DNA from: an uncultured Alphaproteobacteria bacterium
GTDB taxonomy: Bacteria; Electryoneota; RPQS01
Length of the DNA: 64,000 bases
Direction of reading: 5' to 3'
Assembly (NCBI GenBank): GCA_964444755.1
Contig: CAYUIF010000001.1
Location: 238,402 to 302,401, forward strand
Shown here piece after piece: positions 27,723 through 37,247 of the stretch (positions within the stretch are counted from its first letter, which is position 1; each line of letters begins with the position of its first letter). Under the pieces are notes generated by a model. It did no database searches and had not been told where the DNA came from. It saw nothing but the letters and a program-made list of their open reading frames with translations. Position numbers and translations under genes: made by a program.

Positions 27723-28544
27723 GTGAGCAAATTTTCTTACATACGTCTCGCGGTCATGAGCCTGATTGTCATTGGAAGTTTCTGGTTCATGGACCATATC
27801 AGCCAGCCTCGTGGTTGTCCTCCCCCAGCTTTCTCTGCCTCCACGGATATTCGCTCCACCGATAATGCCCCGCAATCTTTGTTCTCCGATTCCCTGCCCC
27901 CGGTGGATGTCACGTCGCTCCCGTTTGTCGCTCAGGACAATACCTGTTTAAGCAGCCTGCAGGCGGATTTATCGGCCTGTACCGGATTGTTGTCCGGTGG
28001 CGAAGCCCGCGAGTATCGAATTACTTTAACCAAAGATAACTATACACTCATCATTGAAGCCGAACCCGGCGATCTGCAATTCGATATCAGTTTGGCGGTG
28101 TTCGATAAGCAGAGCCAATGTCTGGCGGGTGTGGATATGGAAGGGGAAGGCGGAATCGAACGAACGGAACTCGCGCATCTTGCGGCAGGACAATACAAAC
28201 TGGTGGTGGGCGGCTATCGCGATAACTGCGGGCTTTATCAATTAACCATTCGCGAAGATCGGCCGCCCGCCACGGAAATCGTGAGCAGCGCCGTCACCGT
28301 CGGACCCAACGGCACGAGCGTTCGCTGGACCAGCTTTGCCGAAGTCGGTTTAGCCCACTACAATCTGTACCGCATCACCGATAGCGAACGCAAGCGCGTG
28401 GCGACTTACCGCAGTCACGGCAGCCCGGCGGACTTCGCCGATTACCGGTTCTTCGACCGCAGCTACACCGCCAATATCCGCTACGAACTGGAAGCAGTCG
28501 CCCGCGACGGCCGCACCACCCTCCGCGAACTGAAGGTCGGCTGA
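27723..28544 (+). CDS. Membrane-anchored hypothetical protein with PPC-like beta-sandwich domain
   Basis: N-terminal TM helix LAVMSLIVIGSFWF. YRITLTKDNYTLIIEAEPGDLQFDISLAVFD...GQYKLVVGGYRDNCGLYQLTI resembles a pre-peptidase C-terminal domain. Confidence 0.6.
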   Translation: MSKFSYIRLAVMSLIVIGSFWFMDHISQPRGCPPPAFSASTDIRSTDNAPQSLFSDSLPPVDVTSLPFVAQDNTCLSSLQADLSACTGLLSGGEAREYRITLTKDNYTLIIEAEPGDLQFDISLAVFDKQSQCLAGVDMEGEGGIERTELAHLAAGQYKLVVGGYRDNCGLYQLTIREDRPPATEIVSSAVTVGPNGTSVRWTSFAEVGLAHYNLYRITDSERKRVATYRSHGSPADFADYRFFDRSYTANIRYELEAVARDGRTTLRELKVG

Positions 28545-28567
28545 TTTTGTATGACAGACCATTAATT

Positions 28568-28594
28568 GAAGACGCACAACGGTGCGTCTTTTTT
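28568..28594 (+). terminator. Rho-independent terminator
   Basis: gacgcac-aacg-gtgcgtc, then TTTTTT. Confidence 0.7.
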
Positions 28595-28707
28595 ATGGCT
28601 TAAATTGACCAAACCGCCGGAATTGGTCTTCCCTTCTTTGTGCGTTGTTTTTACAGACATAATTTCTTACATTAAAGCACTTGCGTTCACAATTGGCAGG
28701 GAACTCT

Positions 28708-29103
28708 ATGACAGACCTTGACTTGGTAGCCGCCGCGTGGCAAGCGCGGGAACAGGCCGCCGCCCCCTACTCCAACTATCGCGTCGGCGCCGCCTTACTG
28801 ACCGAAGCGGGCACCCTTTATTCGGGAGCCAACGTGGAATCGTCGAGCTACGGCCTTTCGGTCTGCGCCGAACGCGTCGCGCTGTTTAAAGCGATCTCCG
28901 AAGGCGAAAAAAGTCCCTTCGTTAAGATTGCCATCGCCGCCGAAGGCCGGTTCACTCCCGTTCCCTGCGGCGCGTGCCGGCAATTGCTGGCCGACTACGC
29001 TCCCGCGGTCGAGGTTTTATTGTCGGGCCGACCCGGCGAGTTCGAACGGATTCCGTTATCTGAAATCTTTCCGCGACCCTTCTCCTCCGCATTTTTGAAA
29101 TAG
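28708..29103 (+). CDS. cdd: Cytidine deaminase
   Basis: CAER zinc-ligand motif and PCGACRQ. 131 aa. Confidence 0.88.
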   Translation: MTDLDLVAAAWQAREQAAAPYSNYRVGAALLTEAGTLYSGANVESSSYGLSVCAERVALFKAISEGEKSPFVKIAIAAEGRFTPVPCGACRQLLADYAPAVEVLLSGRPGEFERIPLSEIFPRPFSSAFLK

Positions 29104-29110
29104 GACGACT

Positions 29111-29782
29111 ATGCCAACCTCGACCTATTCGCCTCCGGCCAACGCCGGACGCAGCAGCCGCCGGGCGGGATCACACCTCATCGGGATTTGCGGCGGTTCG
29201 GGTTCCGGTAAAACCTTGGTCGCGCGTTCGGTGGAAGCCGCCCTCGGACCGGGCAACGTGCTGCTCATGGAGCAGGACAGCTATTATCGCGATCTCGCCC
29301 ACATTCCGCTCGAAGAACGCCACCATGTGAACTTCGACCATCCCGCCGCCTTCGACAACGATCTGCTGATTCTCCACCTCCACGAACTTCTGGCCGGGCG
29401 CTCGGTGGAGATGCCCGAATACGATTACACCCAGCACACCCGCTCGCAGAACGTGCAGGAGATTCAGCCGCGCATGGTGATTCTGCTGGACGGCATTCTG
29501 GTCTTCGAGGATGCCCGCCTGCGCGATTTAATGGATATTCGCGTGTACGTGGATACCGACGCCGACATCCGGCTGGCGCGCCGTATCCGCCGCGATATTT
29601 CCGAGCGCGGCCGCAATTTGCAGGCGGTGCTGGAACAGTACGAAAAGCAAGTGCGGCCCATGCACGAGCAGTTCGTGGAACCGTTCAAGCGCTACGCCGA
29701 TATCATTATTCCGCAGGGCGGCATGAATTCCGTAGCGGTGGACATGCTGGTAACGAAGGTTAAGGATATTCTCAAGCGATAA
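29111..29782 (+). CDS. udk: Uridine kinase
   Basis: P-loop IGICGGSGSGKT. Conserved DxYY, LLDGIL and ARRIRRD motifs. Confidence 0.9.
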   Translation: MPTSTYSPPANAGRSSRRAGSHLIGICGGSGSGKTLVARSVEAALGPGNVLLMEQDSYYRDLAHIPLEERHHVNFDHPAAFDNDLLILHLHELLAGRSVEMPEYDYTQHTRSQNVQEIQPRMVILLDGILVFEDARLRDLMDIRVYVDTDADIRLARRIRRDISERGRNLQAVLEQYEKQVRPMHEQFVEPFKRYADIIIPQGGMNSVAVDMLVTKVKDILKR

Positions 29783-29811
29783 GGCTTTGCCGATCGCAAC
29801 CGGGATTAAAC

Positions 29812-30144
29812 ATGACTCAAAAAATCGAATCCATCGAACCCCGCATTCCCATCAACCGGGAACAAATCAAGGCCTTCTGTGAGAGGTGGAAGATCACCGA
29901 ATTCTCGCTGTTCGGCAGCGTACTCACCGACGATTTCGGCCCGGACAGCGACGTGGATGTGCTGGTGACGTTCGAGACGCCCGCCCTGTGGTCGTTGCGA
30001 GATTTGGATCGCATGGAAGATGACTTGAGTATGATTCTCGGCCGACGGGTGGATCTCTCGACGCGCTTAAGCGTAGAGCATATGTCCAATCCCATTCGAC
30101 GGAGTTCCATTTTGCGTGGATCGCGAGTCATCTATGCGTCGTGA
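29812..30144 (+). CDS. Minimal nucleotidyltransferase (MntA-type antitoxin)
   Basis: GS-x10-DxD motif FGSVLTDDFGPDSDVDVLV. 110 aa. Overlaps the downstream HEPN gene. Confidence 0.8.
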   Translation: MTQKIESIEPRIPINREQIKAFCERWKITEFSLFGSVLTDDFGPDSDVDVLVTFETPALWSLRDLDRMEDDLSMILGRRVDLSTRLSVEHMSNPIRRSSILRGSRVIYAS

Positions 30145-30478
30145 GAAAGAATATCTGCACGACATATATCTCGCGGCGAACGACATTTTGGACACCGTAG
30201 GTGGACTGCAATTCGAGACGTTTGCGGAGAATCGCATCCTTCAGCATGCAGTCAAGGATTGCCTGTCCGAGATCGGCGAAGCCAGCAAGAAGCTGTCAGC
30301 GGAATTCAAGCGACAGCATCCGCTTGTTCCGTGGGAAGAGTTGGTATCTCGGCGAAATCGGCTTGCACATGAGTATTTCCGCATGGATTTGGGTGAAATG
30401 TGGCACGTTGTCGAGAACATCATCCCCGGACTGATCGAGTATCTCGGACCGTTGGTTCCGCCCGAAGAATCCCTCTAA
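30134..30478 (+). CDS. HepT-type HEPN (DUF86) toxin
   Basis: R-x4-HxY motif RNRLAHEY. About 114 aa. Translationally overlapped with the NTase gene. Confidence 0.8.
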   Translation: MRREKEYLHDIYLAANDILDTVGGLQFETFAENRILQHAVKDCLSEIGEASKKLSAEFKRQHPLVPWEELVSRRNRLAHEYFRMDLGEMWHVVENIIPGLIEYLGPLVPPEESL

Positions 30479-30507
30479 TCGGTTTTCTTAACTGAACGGA
30501 ATTTGCG

Positions 30508-30846
30508 ATGTTCTATCAGGCTAATTCCGCACATTTCACGGAACTCGTTCCGGGCGTGAAACTGAAAACGCTGGTGCATGGCGAGCACACGCTGCTTACC
30601 GAAGTCCGGTTCGTTAAAGGCGCGGTGGTGCCGGTGCATAAGCATCCGCAGGAACAGACCGGCTGTTTGATCAAGGGCGCGCTGCGATTCACGGTGGACG
30701 GCGAGATCATCGAAGCCCGCCCCGGCGACAGTTGGAACCTGCCCGCGAACGTTCCCCACGGCGCGGAAGCGCTGGAAGAATCGGTGGTCATCGAAGTCTT
30801 TGCGCCGCCCCGCGAAGATTATTTGGCCCTCGCTCATCATCCATAA
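30508..30846 (+). CDS. Cupin-domain protein
   Basis: Cupin-2 motifs VPVHKHPQEQ and GDSWNLPANVPHG. Confidence 0.75.
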   Translation: MFYQANSAHFTELVPGVKLKTLVHGEHTLLTEVRFVKGAVVPVHKHPQEQTGCLIKGALRFTVDGEIIEARPGDSWNLPANVPHGAEALEESVVIEVFAPPREDYLALAHHP

Positions 30847-30867
30847 GTTTGTTCACGGAGTATTCAA

Positions 30868-31548
30868 ATGCGCGGACAAACCCTGATCGGTTGTGCTGTC
30901 CTCTTGAGTTTACTCCTTGCGGTTTCATCGGCACATGCGATACCGCGCGCGCCGGTGCGGCTGATGCTGGCAGGACTCTACATGGAACCCAACGGTCCCG
31001 ATGCACAGGACTACGGCACCGGGCATTACGGCATTAGCGCGAGTTTGATTGTGCCGGTTTCGCAGAAGCTTCACTGGCTGGCGGGAGTGGCGGGGGCGGA
31101 TTTCGTATCGCTGCTCGATAAAACCAAAGACCTGCGCGATTCCGAGACCGGACTGCGCGTCGAGCAAGTGACCAGTCAAACCTACTTCCGCTTGTTTCTG
31201 GGCGGGCAGATCGGCGGACATGCGCGGGGCTTTTTGCGGCCGCACGCGGGCTTTAACGTGGCGCTCATCGTGTACGGCTATTCCACCGATGTGGTCGTGC
31301 CCGACGATTACAACACCGAGCAGGAAATCCGCCAGAACCTGGAATCCGAACATCATGTCACGGTGGGGCAGGACATTAATATCGGTATGGACTTCCGGCT
31401 GTCGCGGCGCATGGATGTTGATCTCGGCTTGCGCTATCTGAAAAGTCTCGGCGTGGAACAAAATATGGGCCGCGATCTCGTCACCGTCTATCCCGAATAC
31501 GCCCAGGTCTATCTTGGTGTCGGCTTCTCGTTCGGAACGACGGAATAA
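30868..31548 (+). CDS. Outer-membrane beta-barrel protein (OmpW/porin-like)
   Basis: Signal MRGQTLIGCAVLLSLLLAVSSAHA. Alternating amphipathic beta-strand pattern and aromatic girdle residues. Confidence 0.6.
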   Translation: MRGQTLIGCAVLLSLLLAVSSAHAIPRAPVRLMLAGLYMEPNGPDAQDYGTGHYGISASLIVPVSQKLHWLAGVAGADFVSLLDKTKDLRDSETGLRVEQVTSQTYFRLFLGGQIGGHARGFLRPHAGFNVALIVYGYSTDVVVPDDYNTEQEIRQNLESEHHVTVGQDINIGMDFRLSRRMDVDLGLRYLKSLGVEQNMGRDLVTVYPEYAQVYLGVGFSFGTTE

Positions 31549-31648
31549 TGACAAGGCACAGTATGCTGACCCATACTTTGATTGTTAATCTCTAATTCAT
31601 ATCCTTTCCCGTTTCTGATTTCTCATTTCCAATTTCTCATTGGTTGAA

Positions 31649-32254
31649 ATGCATCCTTCCCCTCGCAATACCGGCTGGATTGAAGTGATTTGCGGGCCGA
31701 TGTTCTCGGGCAAGACCGAAGAACTGATCCGCCGGCTCGTGCGCGCGCAAATCGCCAAGCAGCGCGTGGAAATCTTCAAGCCGCAAATTGACCAGCGCTA
31801 CGCCAAAACCGAAATCGTCAGCCATTCGCGGATGATCATTCCCTCGCAATTGGTGGACTCGCCGTGGGAAATATTGGAACTCGCGCGCGAGGCCGACGTG
31901 GTGGGCGTGGACGAAGCGCAGTTTCTCGGCCTCGACCTCGTGCCCGTGGTGCAGCAACTGGCCGATGCGGGCAAGCGCGTGATCTGCGCGGGACTTGACA
32001 CCGACTATCGCGGTCTGCCCTTCGAACCCGTACCGCAGCTCTTGTGCATCGCCGAGTATATTGATAAGACATTAGCCATTTGCGTGCGCTGCGGCAATCC
32101 CGCCAAGCACACCCAGCGCATCGTGGATTCCTCCGAGCGCATTCTGGTCGGCGAATACGACGCCTACGAGCCGCGCTGCCGCAAATGCTTCGTCCCCCCG
32201 CAGCCCGCCCCGCCCAGTGCAGAACAACTTGCACTTACTATGAAGAAACGATAA
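31649..32254 (+). CDS. tdk: Thymidine kinase
   Basis: GWIEVICGPMFSGKT P-loop, VVGVDEAQF, and a C-terminal CxxC...CxxC zinc ribbon (CVRCG...CRKC). The ATG at 31649 is preferred over the TTG at 31640. Confidence 0.9.
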   Translation: MHPSPRNTGWIEVICGPMFSGKTEELIRRLVRAQIAKQRVEIFKPQIDQRYAKTEIVSHSRMIIPSQLVDSPWEILELAREADVVGVDEAQFLGLDLVPVVQQLADAGKRVICAGLDTDYRGLPFEPVPQLLCIAEYIDKTLAICVRCGNPAKHTQRIVDSSERILVGEYDAYEPRCRKCFVPPQPAPPSAEQLALTMKKR

Positions 32255-32257
32255 GCG

Positions 32258-32599
32258 ATGACCAAAGAAGTTCAACAGTATTTCAAAGCAGTGCCCGCCG
32301 AACGCAAGCCGCTGATCACTCGATTGCGCGATCTGATTTTGGAGCTGTATCCCGATGCCGAAGAACTGTTGTGGTACAAAATGCCGACCTATCGCGCGAA
32401 GTCGGGCTGGGTAAGTTTAGCCAACCAAAAGCACTATGTCTCGCTCTATACCTGCAGTGAAACGTACATCGCGGACTTTAAAGCCAAGCATCCGCAAATC
32501 AAAACCGGCAAAGCTTGCATTAATTTCCGCGATAGCGATCCGGTTCCGGCGGCGGCGCTCAAAAAAGTAATCAAGCTGGCAATGGAAAGCAAAAAGTAG
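32258..32599 (+). CDS. DUF1801 (YdhG-like) domain protein
   Basis: 113 aa with the ...KPLITRLRDLILELYPDAEEL..YKMPTY... pattern typical of DUF1801. Confidence 0.65.
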   Translation: MTKEVQQYFKAVPAERKPLITRLRDLILELYPDAEELLWYKMPTYRAKSGWVSLANQKHYVSLYTCSETYIADFKAKHPQIKTGKACINFRDSDPVPAAALKKVIKLAMESKK

Positions 32600-32638
32600 G
32601 CTTCATCCCTCATCCTTCATCTTTCATCCTTTGCTATT

Positions 32639-33889
32639 ATGGATCGTCTTCAGTCTTTCGTCGGCATTCCCGTTCTGGTTCTCATCGCGTGGCTGGTGTT
32701 TTCCACCGACCGCAAGAATTTCCCGTGGCGGACCGTGCTGTGGGGACTCGGCCTGCAATTCAGCTTTGCGATTCTGATTCTGTGGACGCCGTGGGGCCGT
32801 GCCGCGTTCGAATGGCTCGGGCATATCGTCACCGTCTTTCTCGGTTTTTCCAAAGAGGGCGCGAGCTTTCTGTTCGGCAATATCGTGGACGAAAAGTATC
32901 AGGAAACCTTCGGCTTCCAGTTCGCGTTCGCGATTCTGCCCACGATCATCTTCGTCGGCAGCGCGATGGCCATCGGTTATCACCTCGGCATCATGCAGCG
33001 CATCGTGCGCGGCGTGGCGTGGATCATGTCCAAGACGATGGGTACGTCCGGGGCGGAGTCGCTTTCCTGCGCGGCCAATATCTTCGTCGGTCAGACTGAA
33101 GCACCGTTGGTCGTGCGTCCGTTCATTGACACGCTCACCCGCAGCGAATTGATGGCGGTGATGGCGGGCGGCTTTGCGTCTATCGCGGGCGGTGTGATGG
33201 CGGGCTACATCATGCTCGGCATTCCCGCCAAGCATCTGCTGGCCGCTTCGGTGATGTCCGCTCCGGCCGCCTTAATGTTCGCGAAGATCATGGTTCCCGA
33301 ACACGGCCAGCCACTCACCGCCGGAAAAGTGGAAATGCCCGTCATGGAGCGCAACAGCAACGTGATTGACGCGGCGGCGGCGGGCGCGCGCGACGGCTTG
33401 AAGCTGGCGGTGAACGTTGGCGCGATGCTGCTGGCCTTCATTGCGATCATCGCGCTCATCAATGCGGTGCTGTCGTGGATTCACGGCGTATTCTTCGATT
33501 GGGGCTTCAGCTATTTCCCATCCAGTTTGCGCGATATTTTTTCGGTGATCTTCGCACCCCTCGCGTTTGTCGTCGGTGTGCCCTTTGGTGAACTCAAAGA
33601 CTTCGGTTATTTAATCGGCACGCAGATTTCGATCAACGAATTCGTGGCTTATATCGAACTGTCCAAAATGATTCAGTCCGGCGCGATTTCCGAGCGCACG
33701 ATTACGCTGGCGTCCTATGCGCTGTGCGCGTTCGCGAATTTTTCATCTATCGCCATTCAGATCGGCGGCATTTCCGGTCTGGCGCCGCAGCGGCGGCAGG
33801 AACTCGCGCAACTGGGCTTGCGCGCGATGTTCTGCGGCAACCTGGCCAGCCTCCAAACCGCCACCATTGCCGGAATGCTCATTCGATAA
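32639..33889 (+). CDS. nupC: NupC/NupG-family concentrative nucleoside transporter
   Basis: 416 aa polytopic membrane protein with CNT-family motifs (GIMQRIV, FVGQTEAPL, GGFASIAGGVM). Confidence 0.9.
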   Translation: MDRLQSFVGIPVLVLIAWLVFSTDRKNFPWRTVLWGLGLQFSFAILILWTPWGRAAFEWLGHIVTVFLGFSKEGASFLFGNIVDEKYQETFGFQFAFAILPTIIFVGSAMAIGYHLGIMQRIVRGVAWIMSKTMGTSGAESLSCAANIFVGQTEAPLVVRPFIDTLTRSELMAVMAGGFASIAGGVMAGYIMLGIPAKHLLAASVMSAPAALMFAKIMVPEHGQPLTAGKVEMPVMERNSNVIDAAAAGARDGLKLAVNVGAMLLAFIAIIALINAVLSWIHGVFFDWGFSYFPSSLRDIFSVIFAPLAFVVGVPFGELKDFGYLIGTQISINEFVAYIELSKMIQSGAISERTITLASYALCAFANFSSIAIQIGGISGLAPQRRQELAQLGLRAMFCGNLASLQTATIAGMLIR

Positions 33890-33892
33890 AAC

Positions 33893-34702
33893 ATGTCCAC
33901 CATTGATCTTCAACCCATTATTGCCAAGCTGCCCGGTCCCGCCGACGTCGGATTGATCCTGGGTTCCGGCTTGGGCGCGTTTGCCGATACGCTGGAACAT
34001 GCGCAGTCGGTGAGCACCCGCGATCTGCCCGGCTATCCGCAAAGCACGGTGGCGGGACACGCCGGTCGCATCGTCATCGGCAACATCGGACCGACCCGCA
34101 TTGTCGCGTTTCAAGGCCGCGTGCACATTTACGAGGGCTATCCGCCGGAAGTGGTTGTCACGCCGGTGCGCGTTGCCCATGCGCTGGGTGCGAGGATTCT
34201 GGTGGTCACGAACGCCTCCGGCGCGTTTACCAAGCGCTTTTCCCCCGGCGATCTGCTGCTCATTGACGATCACATCAATCTGCAATTCCGCAATCCGCTG
34301 CGCACACACTGGAACGACGGCGTGCGCTGTCCCGATACGAGCTTCTTTTACGATCAGGACTTGTGCGCGCTGGCCGAACGGGTGGCGCTGGCCGAACGCA
34401 TTCCGCTGAAGCGCGGCACGCTGTGCAGCCTGACCGGACCTACCTACGAAACTCCCGCCGAATCCAAAATGCTCGCGCGGATCGGCGCGGATGCGGGCTG
34501 CATGTCCACCGTGCCCGAAGCGATCATGGCGGCGGCGCTCGGTTTGCGCGTGCTGGGCATCTCCTGCGTGACCAATTGGGCGGCGGGTGTGGGCGACAGC
34601 GTCCTCGATCACGACGACGTACAGCGTGTCGCCGCCGAAACCGGCGGCAAGTTCGCGCAGCTATTGAAAGCAATTCTCCTCCAACTGAAGGATGAACTAT
34701 AG
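33893..34702 (+). CDS. punA: Purine nucleoside phosphorylase (PNP/MTAP family I)
   Basis: LILGSGLG, GHAGRIVIG, VTNASGA and TYETPAE motifs. Confidence 0.9.
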   Translation: MSTIDLQPIIAKLPGPADVGLILGSGLGAFADTLEHAQSVSTRDLPGYPQSTVAGHAGRIVIGNIGPTRIVAFQGRVHIYEGYPPEVVVTPVRVAHALGARILVVTNASGAFTKRFSPGDLLLIDDHINLQFRNPLRTHWNDGVRCPDTSFFYDQDLCALAERVALAERIPLKRGTLCSLTGPTYETPAESKMLARIGADAGCMSTVPEAIMAAALGLRVLGISCVTNWAAGVGDSVLDHDDVQRVAAETGGKFAQLLKAILLQLKDEL

Positions 34703-34762
34703 ATCGTTTCGATTCGATTTAATTCCGTAGCGCAATTCCGATTCGCCCGAAGGAATACACCG

Positions 34763-36502
34763 ATGCAAACCCTCCGCCTCATCCTTCATCCGTTTATCTT
34801 CGTCTTCTTTCTTGTCTGCTCCGTCTCGGCGGAGCAGCTTTATGACGTCGGCGATTGGACCTCCTATCGCGACTTTCGCTTCGCGCGCGCGGTGGACGTC
34901 AGCTCCCATGACGTGTTCGTGGCCACGTCCGGCGGGATTCTGCAATATCAACTGCTTCGGCAGCAATGGTATGATCCCATCGTCATCGGCTACGGATTTA
35001 GCGAGTGGGTGCCGCTGAACGATCCGATTCTGCTGCTCATTGACGAGACTACGAACTTCCTGTGGCTGGCCACCCGCGACGAACTGCTGCAATACGATAT
35101 CATCGGCGAGCGCTGGCGGCGTGTTGAGCGGCACTTGTGGGGACCCGCTGAACGCGTGGTGAATATCGGCGTGGGCGGCAACAGTATCTATATCGAGACC
35201 GTGCCCGATGCATTTTATCCCGATTTCTTTCCGCCGGATTCGCCACTGCCCAATGATCGCTGGCAAGCCCACGTCACCCGTTATAAAGGCCTGCGCAACG
35301 TCGGAAGTTTTATGCAAGATGTTGATCCGGACGAACCGCCCGACGTTCGCTGGCGGGGCTTGCGGTCGAAGGTTCCCTTACAGCGCGAAGATCTTTACGG
35401 CATGCTGGGCATGCCGCCGGTGGGCTTTCCGTCATTTCTGATGCCCTCCGGCTGGGTGGTGTATCCCAACGGCACGGTCTTGGATCCCTACTTGCGCACC
35501 TTCCCGCTCACCGATTGGATCACGGATAGCTACGGCCGCTTGTGGGCTACGTATTGGGGCGGTGGCGTGCTGATCGGCGATTTGCGGATGGGCACCGCCG
35601 AATTTTACGCAGCCGGTCCGGCGGGAAATGATATTCGCACGGTTTATGTTGATAAAAATGCCGTTTGGACGGGCGGCAACAACACCGGCGACCGCCGCGG
35701 TATTTCCCGCGCCTCCCGCAATCTGATCACGTGGCAATTCTTTGAGCGGCGGGATAACATCCGCCTTCAATCCACGGATGTGTTCGATATCCTGGCTTTC
35801 GACGGTTCGACATGGATTGCAACCGAAGAAGGACTTCTGGAGTATCAAAAGAGTAAGGATTGGCGGCAGTTCACGGTTAAAGAAAATTTCTTCAGCGATC
35901 AGATCCGTGCGCTGGCCGCCACCGATTCGGAATTATGGGTCGGAACTACGCGCGGTTTGTACGTGATTAAAGGCAGCAGCCGCGAAGTGTGGCGGATCGA
36001 AAATCCGGGAATCGAACTGGCGGGTGTGAACGATTTGGCTGTCTGCGTTGATACGGTATATGTGGCCACAGCGCAAGGACTTTTCAAAGGCAGCATTCCT
36101 GATCGTCAATTCAGCTTTTGGGCAATGCCGGGCGGATTCTTGAATGCCTCCGTTCCCGAAATTTCCGTGCAGGGCTCGGAAGTCTGGTTGGTTACCGCCG
36201 AAGGGGTGTTGTGCTATGATCAGAATACCGGCAAAGCGAAAAGCTGGCGAGCCGATCCATGGCTAAACAGCGCACAGCCGACCTGTATTGGGGTCGCGGG
36301 TAAATTCGTGTGGGTGGGCACGAGGAATAACGGGTTTTATCGCCACAATCGTATGACCGGCGAATGGATTCAGTACACAACCAACGACGGCCTGCTCGAT
36401 AATCGCGTGCAAACCATTCGCCGCGACGGCGATGATTTGCTCATTGGCACTCCGTCGGGACTGACGCGCTTCTATTGGAATCGTCCGGATCGCACCAAAT
36501 GA
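34763..36502 (+). CDS. Secreted protein with two-component-regulator-propeller (Reg_prop) beta-propeller repeats
   Basis: Signal MQTLRLILHPFIFVFFLVCSVSA. Repeated ...W.GT..GL... blades (LWLATRDELLQY, LWVGTTRGLYV, VWVGTRNNGFYRHN, LLIGTPSGLTRF). Confidence 0.7.
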   Translation: MQTLRLILHPFIFVFFLVCSVSAEQLYDVGDWTSYRDFRFARAVDVSSHDVFVATSGGILQYQLLRQQWYDPIVIGYGFSEWVPLNDPILLLIDETTNFLWLATRDELLQYDIIGERWRRVERHLWGPAERVVNIGVGGNSIYIETVPDAFYPDFFPPDSPLPNDRWQAHVTRYKGLRNVGSFMQDVDPDEPPDVRWRGLRSKVPLQREDLYGMLGMPPVGFPSFLMPSGWVVYPNGTVLDPYLRTFPLTDWITDSYGRLWATYWGGGVLIGDLRMGTAEFYAAGPAGNDIRTVYVDKNAVWTGGNNTGDRRGISRASRNLITWQFFERRDNIRLQSTDVFDILAFDGSTWIATEEGLLEYQKSKDWRQFTVKENFFSDQIRALAATDSELWVGTTRGLYVIKGSSREVWRIENPGIELAGVNDLAVCVDTVYVATAQGLFKGSIPDRQFSFWAMPGGFLNASVPEISVQGSEVWLVTAEGVLCYDQNTGKAKSWRADPWLNSAQPTCIGVAGKFVWVGTRNNGFYRHNRMTGEWIQYTTNDGLLDNRVQTIRRDGDDLLIGTPSGLTRFYWNRPDRTK

Positions 36503-37083
36503 GCGAGGTTGTCGTCACCGAATCACCACGGCTGATTCTGCGGCACATGACCGCCGATGATACCGAAAATCTCTACGGGATTCTCTCCGATCCCATCGCG
36601 ATGACGTTTTATCCCAAAGTCTATACGTGGGAAGAAACCGTCGGTTGGATCGAACGAATTTTAGAGCGCTACCATAAGCACGGACATTGTTTCTACGCTT
36701 GCGTGCGCAAGGATACCGGACAATTCAGCGGGATATGCGGGCATTTGTTTCAGGAAGATTTCGGTCACGGGCGGGATGAATGGGAAATCGGTTATCTTTT
36801 TCTGAGAAGTGATTGGAATCAGGGCTTTGCCTCGGAAGCGGCGCAGCGCTGCCGCGATTATTGGTTCGAGAATAATTTGGGGGAGCGGTTGGTTTCGTTT
36901 TGCGATACCGGCAATCTCGCCTCCCGCCGCGTGGCCGAAAAGAACGGCATGATTCTCGAGCAAATGATCCCCCGTGAAAAAAGTAAACACGGCGGCGAAT
37001 ATTGCGTGTATGCCATTCACCGCGACCGCTGGCAGGAATTGCGCAAAAGTGGCAGCCTCCCGGCCCAATCGCCGCATTACTGA
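36499..37083 (+). CDS. GNAT-family N-acetyltransferase (RimJ/RimL-like)
   Basis: LILRHMTADD...; acetyl-CoA-binding region QGFASEAAQR; ATGA overlap with the upstream gene. Confidence 0.8.
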   Translation: MSEVVVTESPRLILRHMTADDTENLYGILSDPIAMTFYPKVYTWEETVGWIERILERYHKHGHCFYACVRKDTGQFSGICGHLFQEDFGHGRDEWEIGYLFLRSDWNQGFASEAAQRCRDYWFENNLGERLVSFCDTGNLASRRVAEKNGMILEQMIPREKSKHGGEYCVYAIHRDRWQELRKSGSLPAQSPHY

Positions 37084-37247
37084 ACATCGCTTGCGTTTAT
37101 GCCCGGAAATAGCCCAGAGTTTTGTGTTTTCTATCTCTGTCCACGAACGATAAACAAATCGTAATGAAAGTCTCACTTGCGATATAACAATGGGAGTAGT
37201 ATCTTACCAGCGTATGGTAATGACTTGATGCTAAGGATTTATTGATC

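Noticed and set aside
32624-34612. Minus-strand ORFs (203 and 289 aa) overlapping nupC and punA
   Set aside because: Antisense to recognisable transporter and PNP genes. Arg/His-rich junk composition.
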